From assembly GCA_965200765.1 (NCBI GenBank), contig OZ241380.1, forward strand, positions 1,106,417 through 1,170,416: DNA of 64,000 nucleotides. The letters run 5' to 3'. A program made the position numbers and the translations under genes. The notes beneath the pieces were generated by a model that was not told where the DNA came from, ran no database searches, and worked only from the letters and a program-made list of their open reading frames with translations. The first letter of the stretch is position 1; every line of letters begins with the position of its first letter. Below, piece by piece: positions 53,484 through 63,026 of the stretch. This DNA is from Arenicellales bacterium. Its GTDB lineage: Bacteria; Pseudomonadota; Gammaproteobacteria; Arenicellales; JAJDZL01.

Positions 53484-54710
53484 ATGAATTTATCAGTGAA
53501 TGGTGAGAGGCTGTGGAATTCTCTGATGCGTATGGCAGAGATCGGGGCCACTCAGAAAGGCGGTGTATGCCGATTGGCATTGACAGATCTGGACAAGGAA
53601 GGCCGGGATTTGCTTTCACAGTGGTGTGATGCTGAACAATGCGAGCGACGAATCGATCCAATGGGCAACATGTTCTTCAAACGTTCGGGTGTTCAGGATT
53701 CGGCGCACGCGGTCGGGATGGGCAGTCATTTGGACACCCAGCCGACGGGTGGAAAATTCGACGGTGTTTACGGAGTTCTGGCCGCTTTGGAAGTAATTCG
53801 AGTCTTGAACGAGAACGACATCTCTACACGTCTTCCGGTAGAACTTGTGGTCTGGACAAACGAAGAAGGTGCAAGGTTTCCCCCGGCAATGATTGGTTCC
53901 GGGGTATATGCAGGAGCATTTGACCTTGAGTATGGACATGGACGTGCAGACCCCGACAACAAAACGATCGGCGATGAACTGAAGCGAATCGGCTATTTGC
54001 AGAACACTTTACCCAAGGACCACGGGTTTTCGGCATTTTTTGAAGCACATATTGAGCAGGGGCCGATTCTGGAAGCGAAAGGGCTTTCAATAGGTGTAGT
54101 TACAGGAGTCCAGGGAGTGCGCTGGTATGACATTGAAGTGACTGGCGAAGAAACGCATGCAGGACCGATGCCGATGGAAATGCGCAAGGATGCCATGCGA
54201 GGTGCTGCAAAACTGCTACCGGAAATCTATCAGATTGCCAAGCGGCACGAGCCCGATGGGCGCGTAACCATTGGCGAGTTTCACATTCAGCCAGGTTCGC
54301 GCAATACAGTTCCGTCAAAAGCAGTGTTTTCCATTGATTTTCGTCATCCGGATGAAACAATGTTCGATCAGATGCATACAGATCTGATTGAGATTGTTGA
54401 AAAACTGAATCAATCAAGCAATGTCGAGTTCCGTGTTGATAATTTTTGGCGAGCGGCACCAACGAAATTCAATGAAACGTGCGTAAATACAGTTCGCCGC
54501 AGTGCTGAAAAGTGCGGCTTTGAATCCATTGACATGGTTAGCGGTGCGGGGCATGATTCGGTTTACATCGCGCGTGTTGCGCCAACTGCCATGATATTCA
54601 TTCCTTGCGACGATGGTGTTAGTCACAGTGAGATAGAAAATACTTCGCCAGAATTTGTTGAAGCGGGCGCCAACGTGCTGCTTCATTCTGTTCTGGAAAC
54701 TGCCGGGTGA
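53484..54710 (+). CDS. M20-family amidohydrolase (N-carbamoyl-amino-acid / allantoate / beta-ureidopropionase type)
   Basis: GSHLDTQPTGGKFDGVYGV (cf. AllC/AmaB), VVWTNEEGARF, and the C-terminal GAGHDS. Confidence 0.85.
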   Translation: MNLSVNGERLWNSLMRMAEIGATQKGGVCRLALTDLDKEGRDLLSQWCDAEQCERRIDPMGNMFFKRSGVQDSAHAVGMGSHLDTQPTGGKFDGVYGVLAALEVIRVLNENDISTRLPVELVVWTNEEGARFPPAMIGSGVYAGAFDLEYGHGRADPDNKTIGDELKRIGYLQNTLPKDHGFSAFFEAHIEQGPILEAKGLSIGVVTGVQGVRWYDIEVTGEETHAGPMPMEMRKDAMRGAAKLLPEIYQIAKRHEPDGRVTIGEFHIQPGSRNTVPSKAVFSIDFRHPDETMFDQMHTDLIEIVEKLNQSSNVEFRVDNFWRAAPTKFNETCVNTVRRSAEKCGFESIDMVSGAGHDSVYIARVAPTAMIFIPCDDGVSHSEIENTSPEFVEAGANVLLHSVLETAG

Positions 54711-55687
54711 ATTTGATGAGCAAACAGCTTGATGTTCTTGGTATCGGAAATGCGATTGTCGATGTATTCCGGTTTGTTGATGATGGCATGCTTGAGGACA
54801 TTGGTTTGTCCAAAGGCACAATGACTTTGGTTGAATCGGAGGCTGATTCGCAAATTGATGAAGTAGTGAAGCCTGTCGCGCAACTTTCCGGCGGTTCGAT
54901 TGCCAATACATTGTTTTGCATCGCGTATCTTGGCGGTCATTGCCACTTTATCGGAAAAGTAGGCAATGATGAATTGGGACGGCTGTATGCTTGGGAAATG
55001 GAACAAGCCGGGGTGAGGTTTGCTACTGCTTTTGCCGAAAATGGTTCGACAACCGGGCGTTGCGATGTGTATGTCACCCATGATGCAGAAAGAACCATGC
55101 GTGTTTCCCCCGGTGCGATGTCCAAATTATCGGTCCGTGATTTTAATGAAGAAGCGATAAAGAACGCAAAAATCCTTCTGTTGGAAGGGTATTTGCTGGA
55201 TCTTGAGTGGGCCGGTGACCTGATTGATCAATCTATGGAAATAGCCCAACACAACAACACCGAGATTGCAATCAGCTTGTCAGACCCACAACTCGTTGAA
55301 CGACACCGCGACAAATTTCTTCAAATCGTTGAAACCCATGCAGAGCTGGTTTTTGCGAATGAGCTTGAAGCTTATCAACTCTGTCAAACAAACAATTTGT
55401 CGGATACATTGGCGTTTCTCCAAACAAAAGCACGCCATGCTATCGTCACACGAAGTGAGAATGGATCTGTTGCTGTATCGAACGGCGAGCAATTTGTTAT
55501 GGAAGGCCAGACAATTTCCAAGGTAGTTGACACAACCGGCGCGGGCGATGCCTATGCAGGCGGTTTCCTGTTTCAGTATTCCCGCGGAGAACCGATTCGG
55601 GCCTGCATGGAAATGGCAACGAAACTGGCATCCGAGGTTATCCAGCATATTGGAGCGCGGGTGGATGCCAAGCTTCCACCGCGCTAA
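54707..55687 (+). CDS. PfkB-family kinase (adenosine-kinase-like)
   Basis: N-terminal VLGIGNAIVD and PfkB signature 2 DTTGAGDAYAGGF. It overlaps the upstream gene by 4 nt. Confidence 0.85.
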   Translation: MNLMSKQLDVLGIGNAIVDVFRFVDDGMLEDIGLSKGTMTLVESEADSQIDEVVKPVAQLSGGSIANTLFCIAYLGGHCHFIGKVGNDELGRLYAWEMEQAGVRFATAFAENGSTTGRCDVYVTHDAERTMRVSPGAMSKLSVRDFNEEAIKNAKILLLEGYLLDLEWAGDLIDQSMEIAQHNNTEIAISLSDPQLVERHRDKFLQIVETHAELVFANELEAYQLCQTNNLSDTLAFLQTKARHAIVTRSENGSVAVSNGEQFVMEGQTISKVVDTTGAGDAYAGGFLFQYSRGEPIRACMEMATKLASEVIQHIGARVDAKLPPR

Positions 55688-55702
55688 TATCTGGATTCGT
55701 GA

Positions 55703-56182
55703 TTACAACAATTTCAGTATGGACTCTGCATCGCTGACCTCGTATTTTCCCGGTGCTTCCCGATTCAACGCAGTTACGACACCGTCTTCAACGATCATTG
55801 CGTATCGGTCCGAGCGAACTCCAAGTCCTTTGTCGGTCAAATCCAGTTCCAGCCCTGCCGCATTGGTGAAGTCAGCGCTTCCATCGGCGAGCATCAAGAT
55901 ATTATCCGCATTTTGCATCTCTCCCCAAGCACCCATGACAAACGCATCATTTACCGAAAGGCAGGCGATCGTATCAACTCCTTTGCCGAACAGATTGTCT
56001 GCATTGACTACATAACTTGGCAAATGTGCTTTTGAGCAAGTAGGTGTGAATGCACCGGGCAAAGCAAACAGAACAACCTTCTTGCCATTGAAGATTTCAT
56101 CTGTGGTGATTGCCTTCGGACCGTCACCGGTCATGTAGTAGAGCGTTGCTTGAGGAACTCTTTCTCCAACATGAATTGTCAT
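55703..56182 (-). CDS. Prx5-type peroxiredoxin
   Basis: FALPGAFTPTCS peroxidatic Cys motif; 159 aa. Confidence 0.9.
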   Translation of the reverse strand: MTIHVGERVPQATLYYMTGDGPKAITTDEIFNGKKVVLFALPGAFTPTCSKAHLPSYVVNADNLFGKGVDTIACLSVNDAFVMGAWGEMQNADNILMLADGSADFTNAAGLELDLTDKGLGVRSDRYAMIVEDGVVTALNREAPGKYEVSDAESILKLL

Positions 56183-56320
56183 TTTTGCATCTCCTTCAGG
56201 TTAAAGTTCTTAGATATTGGAAATTGGTTCATCCATTATAATTGGGTGAATTGAAACAGGACTAACACCTTCAGCATTCCATGCTGGAGAATTCATGAGA
56301 ATTCAGGATATTGCTCGTTC

Positions 56321-57685
56321 ATGAATCTTGACACTGCATTGAGAGACTACAAAGAACTCATCAAACGTCATCCGGAAGTTCGCTATATTGACGCAATCTT
56401 GTTCGATATTTGTGGGCAAGTGCGGGGCAAGAGAATATCGGTCGAGGATGCAGAGAAAATCTATACTTCAGGAATTCAGATTCCTGAAAGTGCGTTTTTG
56501 CTGAATGTGGACGGGCTAAGTACTGATCCATGCGGCCGGGGAATAGCCGACGGTGATCCGGATGGAACGTTGCTACCGATCCCGGGAACTACTGCTGTGG
56601 TTCCATGGGGTGCGGATAAAACCGCGCAGGTACTGACCAGTCTATGGTCCGAAGACGGAACTCCGTCTCAGGTCGATCCCAGAAATATCGCCACGGCTAT
56701 GGTTGATCGGTTCAGCACACTCGGTTACAACCTTTCCATCGCATTTGAACTGGAATTCTACTTGCTGGATCAGGAGTTGGACCAACGCGGATGCCCGCAA
56801 GCACCAGTTTCGCCCCGGACAGGCAAGAGATACGATGAATTTCAGGTGTACTCAATGGAAGATTTGGATGATCAAATGGAATTCCTGGACGGCGTACAAA
56901 AGTGTTGCAAACAACAATGCATTCCTGCTACAGTGATTGTCAGCGAATATTCTCCATCGCAGTATGAGGTGAATTTGCGGCATGTTGATGATCCCGTGCA
57001 AGCGGCAGACCATTGTCTGCTGTTGCGGCGTGTGGTTCAAGCGGTAGCCAAGTCGCAAAATTTGAGAGCGACGTTCATGTCCAAACCGTTTCTTGATTTG
57101 TCAGGCAATGGTATGCACTTGCATGTAAGTCTGCAAACGAGTTCCGGAGAGAATGCAATGAAAGGGGAGACAACACTCGGAAGCAGTGTCCTGCGCCATG
57201 CAGTCGGCGGACTGTTGCACACAATGGCGGATATGATGGCAGTTTTTGCGCCGAACGAAAATTCTTATCGACGCTTCATCGCTGGAGAGTATATTCCCGT
57301 AACAAAAACCTGGGGTGCAAACAATCGTTCGGTCGCAGTTCGTATTCCCGGTGGAGACAGTGCAAATCGACGTCTCGAGCATCGCGTAGCAGGGGCGGAT
57401 GCAAATCCTTATCTGGTGTTGGCCGCAGTGTTGGCGGGCATGCATCACGGTCTGACCAGCAATGTCGATCCCGGGCCACCATCACCCGGTTTGAATGAAA
57501 GTTTAACGATGGATCCGGATGTGCCGTTTGACTGGGAATCTGCCATTGACCGGTTTGAAAACTCCGAATTCGCCGCCAACTATCTGACCCCCGATTATGT
57601 GAAACTGTACTCGGAATTGAAACGGGGAGAACGGAAGAGGTTTTACGAACATATTACGGACCGCGAATACAACTGGTACTTGTAG
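56321..57685 (+). CDS. Glutamine-synthetase-family gamma-glutamyl-amine synthetase (PuuA-like)
   Basis: GS catalytic-domain pattern (FELEFYL, GNGMHLHVSL, NRSVAVRIP, LEHRVAGADANPYL). Its size and the adjacent PuuB-like gene suggest a gamma-glutamylation pathway. Confidence 0.8.
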   Translation: MNLDTALRDYKELIKRHPEVRYIDAILFDICGQVRGKRISVEDAEKIYTSGIQIPESAFLLNVDGLSTDPCGRGIADGDPDGTLLPIPGTTAVVPWGADKTAQVLTSLWSEDGTPSQVDPRNIATAMVDRFSTLGYNLSIAFELEFYLLDQELDQRGCPQAPVSPRTGKRYDEFQVYSMEDLDDQMEFLDGVQKCCKQQCIPATVIVSEYSPSQYEVNLRHVDDPVQAADHCLLLRRVVQAVAKSQNLRATFMSKPFLDLSGNGMHLHVSLQTSSGENAMKGETTLGSSVLRHAVGGLLHTMADMMAVFAPNENSYRRFIAGEYIPVTKTWGANNRSVAVRIPGGDSANRRLEHRVAGADANPYLVLAAVLAGMHHGLTSNVDPGPPSPGLNESLTMDPDVPFDWESAIDRFENSEFAANYLTPDYVKLYSELKRGERKRFYEHITDREYNWYL

Positions 57686-57697
57686 ATTGCAGCGACG

Positions 57698-59014
57698 GTG
57701 TCTGGGAAAGCAATTGAAATTGAGCCGCATGTAGATTCGTACTATGTCGCTACTGCAATCGGCATGCGGGAGTATGCACCGCTTGACAAATCGGCAACTT
57801 GCGACATTTGTGTAATTGGCGGCGGATTTACCGGAGTTTCAGCAGCACTGAATCTCGCGGAACGCGGTTATCGGGTTGTTCTTCTGGAAGCCAATCAAAT
57901 CGGCTGGGGTGCATCCGGCAGAAATGGCGGTCAGATGGGAAGCGGCATGGTCGACTCGCAATCAGATCTTGAAGAGCTATATGGATTCGACAAAGCACAA
58001 CAGTTCTGGGCGATGTGCGAAAGAGCCAAGAAAGAAGTTCTGGGCAGAATTGAGCGACATGACATTCAGTGCCATTTCAAGCCAGGGATTGTTGGCGTTG
58101 CTTGCACCAATCAGGCAAGCGAGGAATTTCATGCCGAGGTTGAAGATCTGCACAAGAATTACGATTATCTTTCCATTCGCTATCTGAACCGGAACGAGGT
58201 TGGTGAACTGCTTGGTACAGATTTGTATTATGGCGGGCGGCTTGATATGGGTGCCGGACATCTGCACCCGTTGAACTACATTCTGGGTTTGGCGAAAGCC
58301 GCAACACAAGCCAACGTTCAAATATACGAAAAAACCCGAGTTTTGAAATTCACGACAACCGCTGATAGAGTTGCGGTGCAAACATCTACCGGTGTCGAGG
58401 TTCGCGCAAAGTATCTGATACTCGCTTGCAACGGATACCTGAAAGGATTGTCGACGAAACTGGAGAACCTGCTGATGCCGCTGAACAGCTACATTGTTGC
58501 AACCGAACCATTGGACCAAGCAACCACAGAAAAAATCAACAAACGTGATGTAGCTGTATTCGATTCGCGTTTCGATTTGGACTATTATCGTCTGTCGTCG
58601 GACAAGCGACTGCTGTTTGGCGGTGGCGGTAGCTATACGCGCCGTAACATCTCTGACATTCGGTCGCGGCTGCGACGAAATATGTTGATCGTGTACCCCG
58701 AGTTGTCGCAAACCAAAATCGATTACGCGTGGGGCGGCCTAATTGCGATGACCGTCAATGAAATACCGGTTTTCGGTAAATTGGGTGAAAATGTTTTTTA
58801 TGCGCATGGATTTTCAGGTCACGGACTTGCATTGTCGAATTTGGCCGGCAAGTTGATTGCCGGAGCCATTGAAGGTTCAGTCGACCGGTTCAATATTTTT
58901 GCGGATGTAAGACATCGCGCGTTTCCGGGTGGAAAATATCTGAGATGGCCAGTGTATGCGTTGCGTTTACTCTATTATGCAGGTGGCGAGCAAATTCAAT
59001 TCTGGCGAGACTAA
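57698..59014 (+). CDS. FAD-dependent gamma-glutamyl-amine oxidoreductase (PuuB-like)
   Basis: Close positional similarity to my recollection of E. coli PuuB: SYYVATA...CDICVIGGGFTGVSAAL...GASGRNGGQ, LDYYRL, YAHGFSGHG. GTG start. Confidence 0.8.
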   Translation: MSGKAIEIEPHVDSYYVATAIGMREYAPLDKSATCDICVIGGGFTGVSAALNLAERGYRVVLLEANQIGWGASGRNGGQMGSGMVDSQSDLEELYGFDKAQQFWAMCERAKKEVLGRIERHDIQCHFKPGIVGVACTNQASEEFHAEVEDLHKNYDYLSIRYLNRNEVGELLGTDLYYGGRLDMGAGHLHPLNYILGLAKAATQANVQIYEKTRVLKFTTTADRVAVQTSTGVEVRAKYLILACNGYLKGLSTKLENLLMPLNSYIVATEPLDQATTEKINKRDVAVFDSRFDLDYYRLSSDKRLLFGGGGSYTRRNISDIRSRLRRNMLIVYPELSQTKIDYAWGGLIAMTVNEIPVFGKLGENVFYAHGFSGHGLALSNLAGKLIAGAIEGSVDRFNIFADVRHRAFPGGKYLRWPVYALRLLYYAGGEQIQFWRD

Positions 59015-59104
59015 AGAAATCGCTGAAGCAGGTTGGGTTGTCGAAACCGGCGAGCTCATGTTATTCTTGTTGCATCAGAATTAATCAAGTCAAGGATTAT
59101 CAGT

Positions 59105-60496
59105 ATGGCAGAAGTTGCAGTTTCCGTGTCCCGTAGCGGGGCGATTGAAGAATTGAAGGAACTGTTTGGCGAGAGAGTCTCTACATCGGATTCGGCTCGC
59201 CATCAGTTTGGAAAAGATGAGTCTTATCACGAGTCGATACCGCCGGATGCTGTATTTGCACCGCAGTCTACTGAAGAAGTCTCGAATGCAGTACGGATTT
59301 GCGCGAAGCATGCGACTCCAGTGATTCCTTATGGTACCGGTACTGGACTGGAAGGGCATGTTGCAGCCTTGCACGGCGGTGTGTGTCTGAACATGGCCGA
59401 GATGAATGAAATCATACAAGTCAATTCAGATGATTTGGATGTAGTTGTGCAACCGGGTGTGACTCGCAAGCAACTTAATCATCACCTCCGGGATATGGGG
59501 TTGTTTTTTCCCATAGATCCGGGAGCTGATGCCTCACTGGGAGGAATGACTTCCACCAGAGCATCAGGTACAAACGCCGTTCGCTACGGTACCATGCGGG
59601 AGAATGTTCTTTCATTGACCGCAGTGCTGGGGGATGGACGAGTAATCAGAACCGCCAAGCGAGCTCGAAAGTCGGCCGCAGGATACGATCTCACCAGACT
59701 TTTTGTCGGTTCCGAAGGAACTTTGGGAGTGATTACCGAACTGACAGTTCGAATCTACGGCATTCCGGAAAAAATATCTTCCGCAGTAGTCAACTTCCCG
59801 AATCTGGAAGATGCAGTGCAAACAGTCATTGAAACCATACAGCTTGGCATACCGATTGCACGGATTGAATTGCTGGATGACAAAATGATGAACGCGATCA
59901 ACAACTATTCAAAGACGGACTATCCTGAGGAATACACTTTGTTTCTGGAATTTCATGGTACGGAGGTGTCGGTGGCAGACCAGACAGAAACTGTACAGAT
60001 GATAGCCGAGTCGTATGGTAGCGGCTCGTTTCAATGGACGGTTCATGCTGAAGAGCGCAACAAGTTGTGGCAGGCACGCCATGACGCGGCATATGCTGCG
60101 AAGATGATGCGTCCGAATGCCCAGATATGGGCGACGGATGTGTGCGTGCCGATTTCCCGTTTGGCGGAATGTATTATGGAGACCAAGCGAGATATTGAAG
60201 AGTCAAATCTGCTTGCGCCGATAGTCGGTCATGTTGGTGACGGCAACTTTCATTTGGTGCTAGTGGTAGACCATAATGATCCGGAGGAAGAGGACAGGGC
60301 ACAGAGTTTGCATGAGCGAATGGTTATGCGCGCCCTTGAAATGGAAGGTACCTGCACAGGCGAGCATGGCATCGGCTACGGAAAAATGGACTTCCTGGTC
60401 GCCGAGCATGGTGAGGCAATCAGTGTGATGAGAAACATCAAGCAGGCGCTTGACCCGGACAATATTATGAATCCGGGCAAGATTGTTCGAGTCTAA
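59105..60496 (+). CDS. FAD-linked oxidase (D-lactate dehydrogenase/GlcD-like)
   Basis: FAD_binding_4 (PCMH) N-domain (VIPYGTGTGLEGH) and the C-terminal GTCTGEHGIGYGK...DPDNIMNPGK. Confidence 0.88.
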   Translation: MAEVAVSVSRSGAIEELKELFGERVSTSDSARHQFGKDESYHESIPPDAVFAPQSTEEVSNAVRICAKHATPVIPYGTGTGLEGHVAALHGGVCLNMAEMNEIIQVNSDDLDVVVQPGVTRKQLNHHLRDMGLFFPIDPGADASLGGMTSTRASGTNAVRYGTMRENVLSLTAVLGDGRVIRTAKRARKSAAGYDLTRLFVGSEGTLGVITELTVRIYGIPEKISSAVVNFPNLEDAVQTVIETIQLGIPIARIELLDDKMMNAINNYSKTDYPEEYTLFLEFHGTEVSVADQTETVQMIAESYGSGSFQWTVHAEERNKLWQARHDAAYAAKMMRPNAQIWATDVCVPISRLAECIMETKRDIEESNLLAPIVGHVGDGNFHLVLVVDHNDPEEEDRAQSLHERMVMRALEMEGTCTGEHGIGYGKMDFLVAEHGEAISVMRNIKQALDPDNIMNPGKIVRV

Positions 60497-60544
60497 TCCA
60501 ATCGCGCGACTGGCTTAAGTGAAAATTTTGTGCGGATTTGGATT
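60495..60544. terminator. Possible bidirectional terminator hairpin between convergent genes
   Basis: AATCCAA (60495-60501) pairs with TTGGATT (60538-60544), plus partial extra pairing (cgcgc/gtgcgg), followed by TTTT. The loop is long, so this is weak. Confidence 0.3.
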
Positions 60545-60549
60545 TTCGA

Positions 60550-60966
60550 TTAGTCGGAATCGACAGATTGTTTCAGCTTGACGACAACATCAACCTTGTC
60601 AACTGATTTGCCGTCGGGTGGATCAGGAATATTTTCAACTGTAATTTCATCTTCGCTGATATCAGTCAACTCACCCGTTTCTTCATCATAGAAATGGTGA
60701 TGGTGTGATTCCACATTTGAGTCGTAGTACACTTTGTTCGGGTCCACGATGACTTCTCGCAATAGCCCCTTTTCCACAAACAGTCCCAGAGTGTTGTATA
60801 CAGTTGCACGGGATACAGGCGGCCATGGGCCGTTGACATTTCGATAAATTTCCTCTGCTGACATATGTGCATGTTTTACCAGAATGATACGCGCGATTCG
60901 CAAGCGTTGCGGTGTCGGCATTACGCCATGTTCGCGTAAGTGTGAATCCAGGTCAGAGTTATCCAT
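60550..60966 (-). CDS. Fur-family regulator, Irr-like (no Cys, HHHH motif)
   Basis: Fur wHTH (PTPQRLRIARIIL...SRATVYNTLGLFVEKGLL). It has no cysteines, so it lacks the structural Zn CxxC pairs. ESHHHHFYDEETGEL resembles the HHH heme-responsive motif of alphaproteobacterial Irr. Confidence 0.7.
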   Translation of the reverse strand: MDNSDLDSHLREHGVMPTPQRLRIARIILVKHAHMSAEEIYRNVNGPWPPVSRATVYNTLGLFVEKGLLREVIVDPNKVYYDSNVESHHHHFYDEETGELTDISEDEITVENIPDPPDGKSVDKVDVVVKLKQSVDSD

Positions 60967-61063
60967 AGGTTACTCAATTCAATCAGTTTAATTACTAAGA
61001 TAATAATTTCATTATACGATAAATATGCTGACTGTCTAAACTATTTTCAATGAAATTCAAGAA

Positions 61064-61582
61064 ATGACAAATACAGTATGCAGAACTGGAGAATTCATTA
61101 GCGCGATGGTTGCAACCAAGCGAGAAGGTGTCATTCTGGCAATTGGTGAACAACCGTTGAACTATCAGAAAGAGATCCTGTCAGCGTTGGACCCACTTTC
61201 GCGACTGATCGTAAGCCTGAAACCATCCGTTGCAAGATTGCCGGTCGAAACACATCTGGAAACGGATTTGCGAGTGGCTGTGCATCGACAGGATATTCAT
61301 GAGTTTCTGGATGACATCAAGCACCATCGTTTCACATTGGTCATGCTGGGTGAGGAGAGCATCGATGATTCTCTGATCACAAAATGTATTGACATACTTG
61401 AGCAGGGTGGTATGGCACTCGTGCTACGAAGTTTATCGGAAAGCAAGCCACCCTATCTCGGAAACTGCGAGCGATGCTGGTGCGTATCATTGAACTTCTG
61501 CTACCTGATGGTCAAGTCTGACCAGCAGAAAAAACCCGTTCGACGCGGCGGCCGCAGAGCCAGACAGGCTTCGCAATACTGA
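61064..61582 (+). CDS. Hypothetical protein with degenerate class I (O-methyltransferase family 3-like) Rossmann pattern and basic tail
   Basis: GVILAIGEQP (degenerate motif I), RFTLVMLGEE and ILEQGGMALV lie in the order expected for Methyltransf_3-like proteins. C-terminal tail KKPVRRGGRRARQ. The match is weak. Confidence 0.4.
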   Translation: MTNTVCRTGEFISAMVATKREGVILAIGEQPLNYQKEILSALDPLSRLIVSLKPSVARLPVETHLETDLRVAVHRQDIHEFLDDIKHHRFTLVMLGEESIDDSLITKCIDILEQGGMALVLRSLSESKPPYLGNCERCWCVSLNFCYLMVKSDQQKKPVRRGGRRARQASQY

Positions 61583-61586
61583 CACA

Positions 61587-62228
61587 TTGGATACGAAAAC
61601 GTCAACTTCCAGGTTAGCGGAGTGTCTCTCGTTGCATGGATTTGAACAGTACAAAATCATAAACGGCGACATCTGGTATTGCGAGCGATTCCTGGATGAG
61701 GAAACCGCGGTCAGGTTGTTTGAAAACTTGCTGAAATCTACCCGGTGGACGCAACCCGTTGTCAAGATGGGCAACCGGATTGTAAATTCACCCCGGTTGG
61801 CAGCGTGGCATGGAGACCCGGATGCAGTCTATACCTACTCAGGCCTTCGAAATTCGCCTGTGGATTGGAATCCGGCATTAATCGAAATCAGAGACCGGCT
61901 TGAAACCGTTACCGCAATTCGATTCAACAGCGTTCTGCTCAATTATTATCGGGATGGCCACGACAGCATGGGCTGGCATCGCGATAATGAGCCCGAACTT
62001 GGCAAGAATCCGGTAGTTGCTTCAGTCAGTCTTGGAGCAACCCGAAGATTTTTGATGAAACACATACGACAGGACGATCAAAAGATGGAATTTCACTTGA
62101 CGCAGGGTTCAGCTCTGCTCATGATTGGTGAAACACAGCACAATTGGAAGCACAGTGTCCCCAAAAGGCCTGCGATCTCACAACCGCGAATCAATCTGAC
62201 ATTCAGAGTGGTTCAAAGTTTGGCTTGA
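61587..62228 (+). CDS. alkB: AlkB-family Fe(II)/2OG dioxygenase
   Basis: NSVLLNYYRDGHDSMGWHRDNE (HxD), NWKHSVP (distal His), and RINLTFR (2OG Arg). TTG start 4 nt after the upstream stop. Confidence 0.85.
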   Translation: MDTKTSTSRLAECLSLHGFEQYKIINGDIWYCERFLDEETAVRLFENLLKSTRWTQPVVKMGNRIVNSPRLAAWHGDPDAVYTYSGLRNSPVDWNPALIEIRDRLETVTAIRFNSVLLNYYRDGHDSMGWHRDNEPELGKNPVVASVSLGATRRFLMKHIRQDDQKMEFHLTQGSALLMIGETQHNWKHSVPKRPAISQPRINLTFRVVQSLA

Positions 62229-62237
62229 CTCGCCCGG

Positions 62238-63026
62238 TCACCACTGATTTCTTAGTTCTCTCAGTTTCAGAAATACAGTCTTGCGGTCAGGGTTGTCAGG
62301 AAGATTCGGAAAATCTTGACGCAAGCGTTCAATGACTGTGCGGCTGGAAAGTCTGAAGAATGTATTGAATTCTCGCTCCATTGACAATGTAGTGACCAAT
62401 GCGTTGTTTGGATCTTGATTTTCGATTTCGACCAGCATATCTTTGGCCGCACGATTATCCGGTTCCCGGTCAAGCGTGAACTGAAGATTATTGACAATGT
62501 AGTCGTGACCCGGGTAAATTCTGGTGTTCTCCGGCAAACGGTCCAGCTGGTTTGCAAAGGTTTCGTATAGCTCGTGCGGATGTCCGCCGTTGTGGCAGTT
62601 TCCAGCACCCGCATTGAAAAGGGTATCGCCACAAAACAGTGTCGGCGAATCCCCGTGCGAGAGCAAGCAGACATGGCTCATGGTATGGCCGGGGGTATCC
62701 AGTACTTCCAGTTCGACGGTGCCGAATTGAACCATATCACCGGCACCGAGTCCGCGGTCCATTCCACGAATCTTGTCTTTTGCGTTGTGGTGGGCCAACA
62801 GTTTGGCATTTGTGGCTGTTATTACGGAATCGTTGCCGCCGGTGTGATCTCCGTGTTCGTGTGTATTCAACACCTGGGTGATGGTCCACCCGCATTCTTT
62901 TGCTCTGGTCAGGCACTTTCGATGGTCAAGCGGATCAATTGCCAAGGCTTCGCCAGTTTCCGGGCAAGCAATCAGGTAGTTGAAATTTCGGTAGGCATTG
63001 TTGGTCCAGATTTGTTCGACAATCAC
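62238..63026 (-). CDS. gloB: Hydroxyacylglutathione hydrolase (glyoxalase II, MBL fold)
   Basis: THEHGDHTGG (HxHxDH), TPGHT, and the C-terminal REFNTFFR typical of GloB. Confidence 0.88.
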   Translation of the reverse strand: MIVEQIWTNNAYRNFNYLIACPETGEALAIDPLDHRKCLTRAKECGWTITQVLNTHEHGDHTGGNDSVITATNAKLLAHHNAKDKIRGMDRGLGAGDMVQFGTVELEVLDTPGHTMSHVCLLSHGDSPTLFCGDTLFNAGAGNCHNGGHPHELYETFANQLDRLPENTRIYPGHDYIVNNLQFTLDREPDNRAAKDMLVEIENQDPNNALVTTLSMEREFNTFFRLSSRTVIERLRQDFPNLPDNPDRKTVFLKLRELRNQW

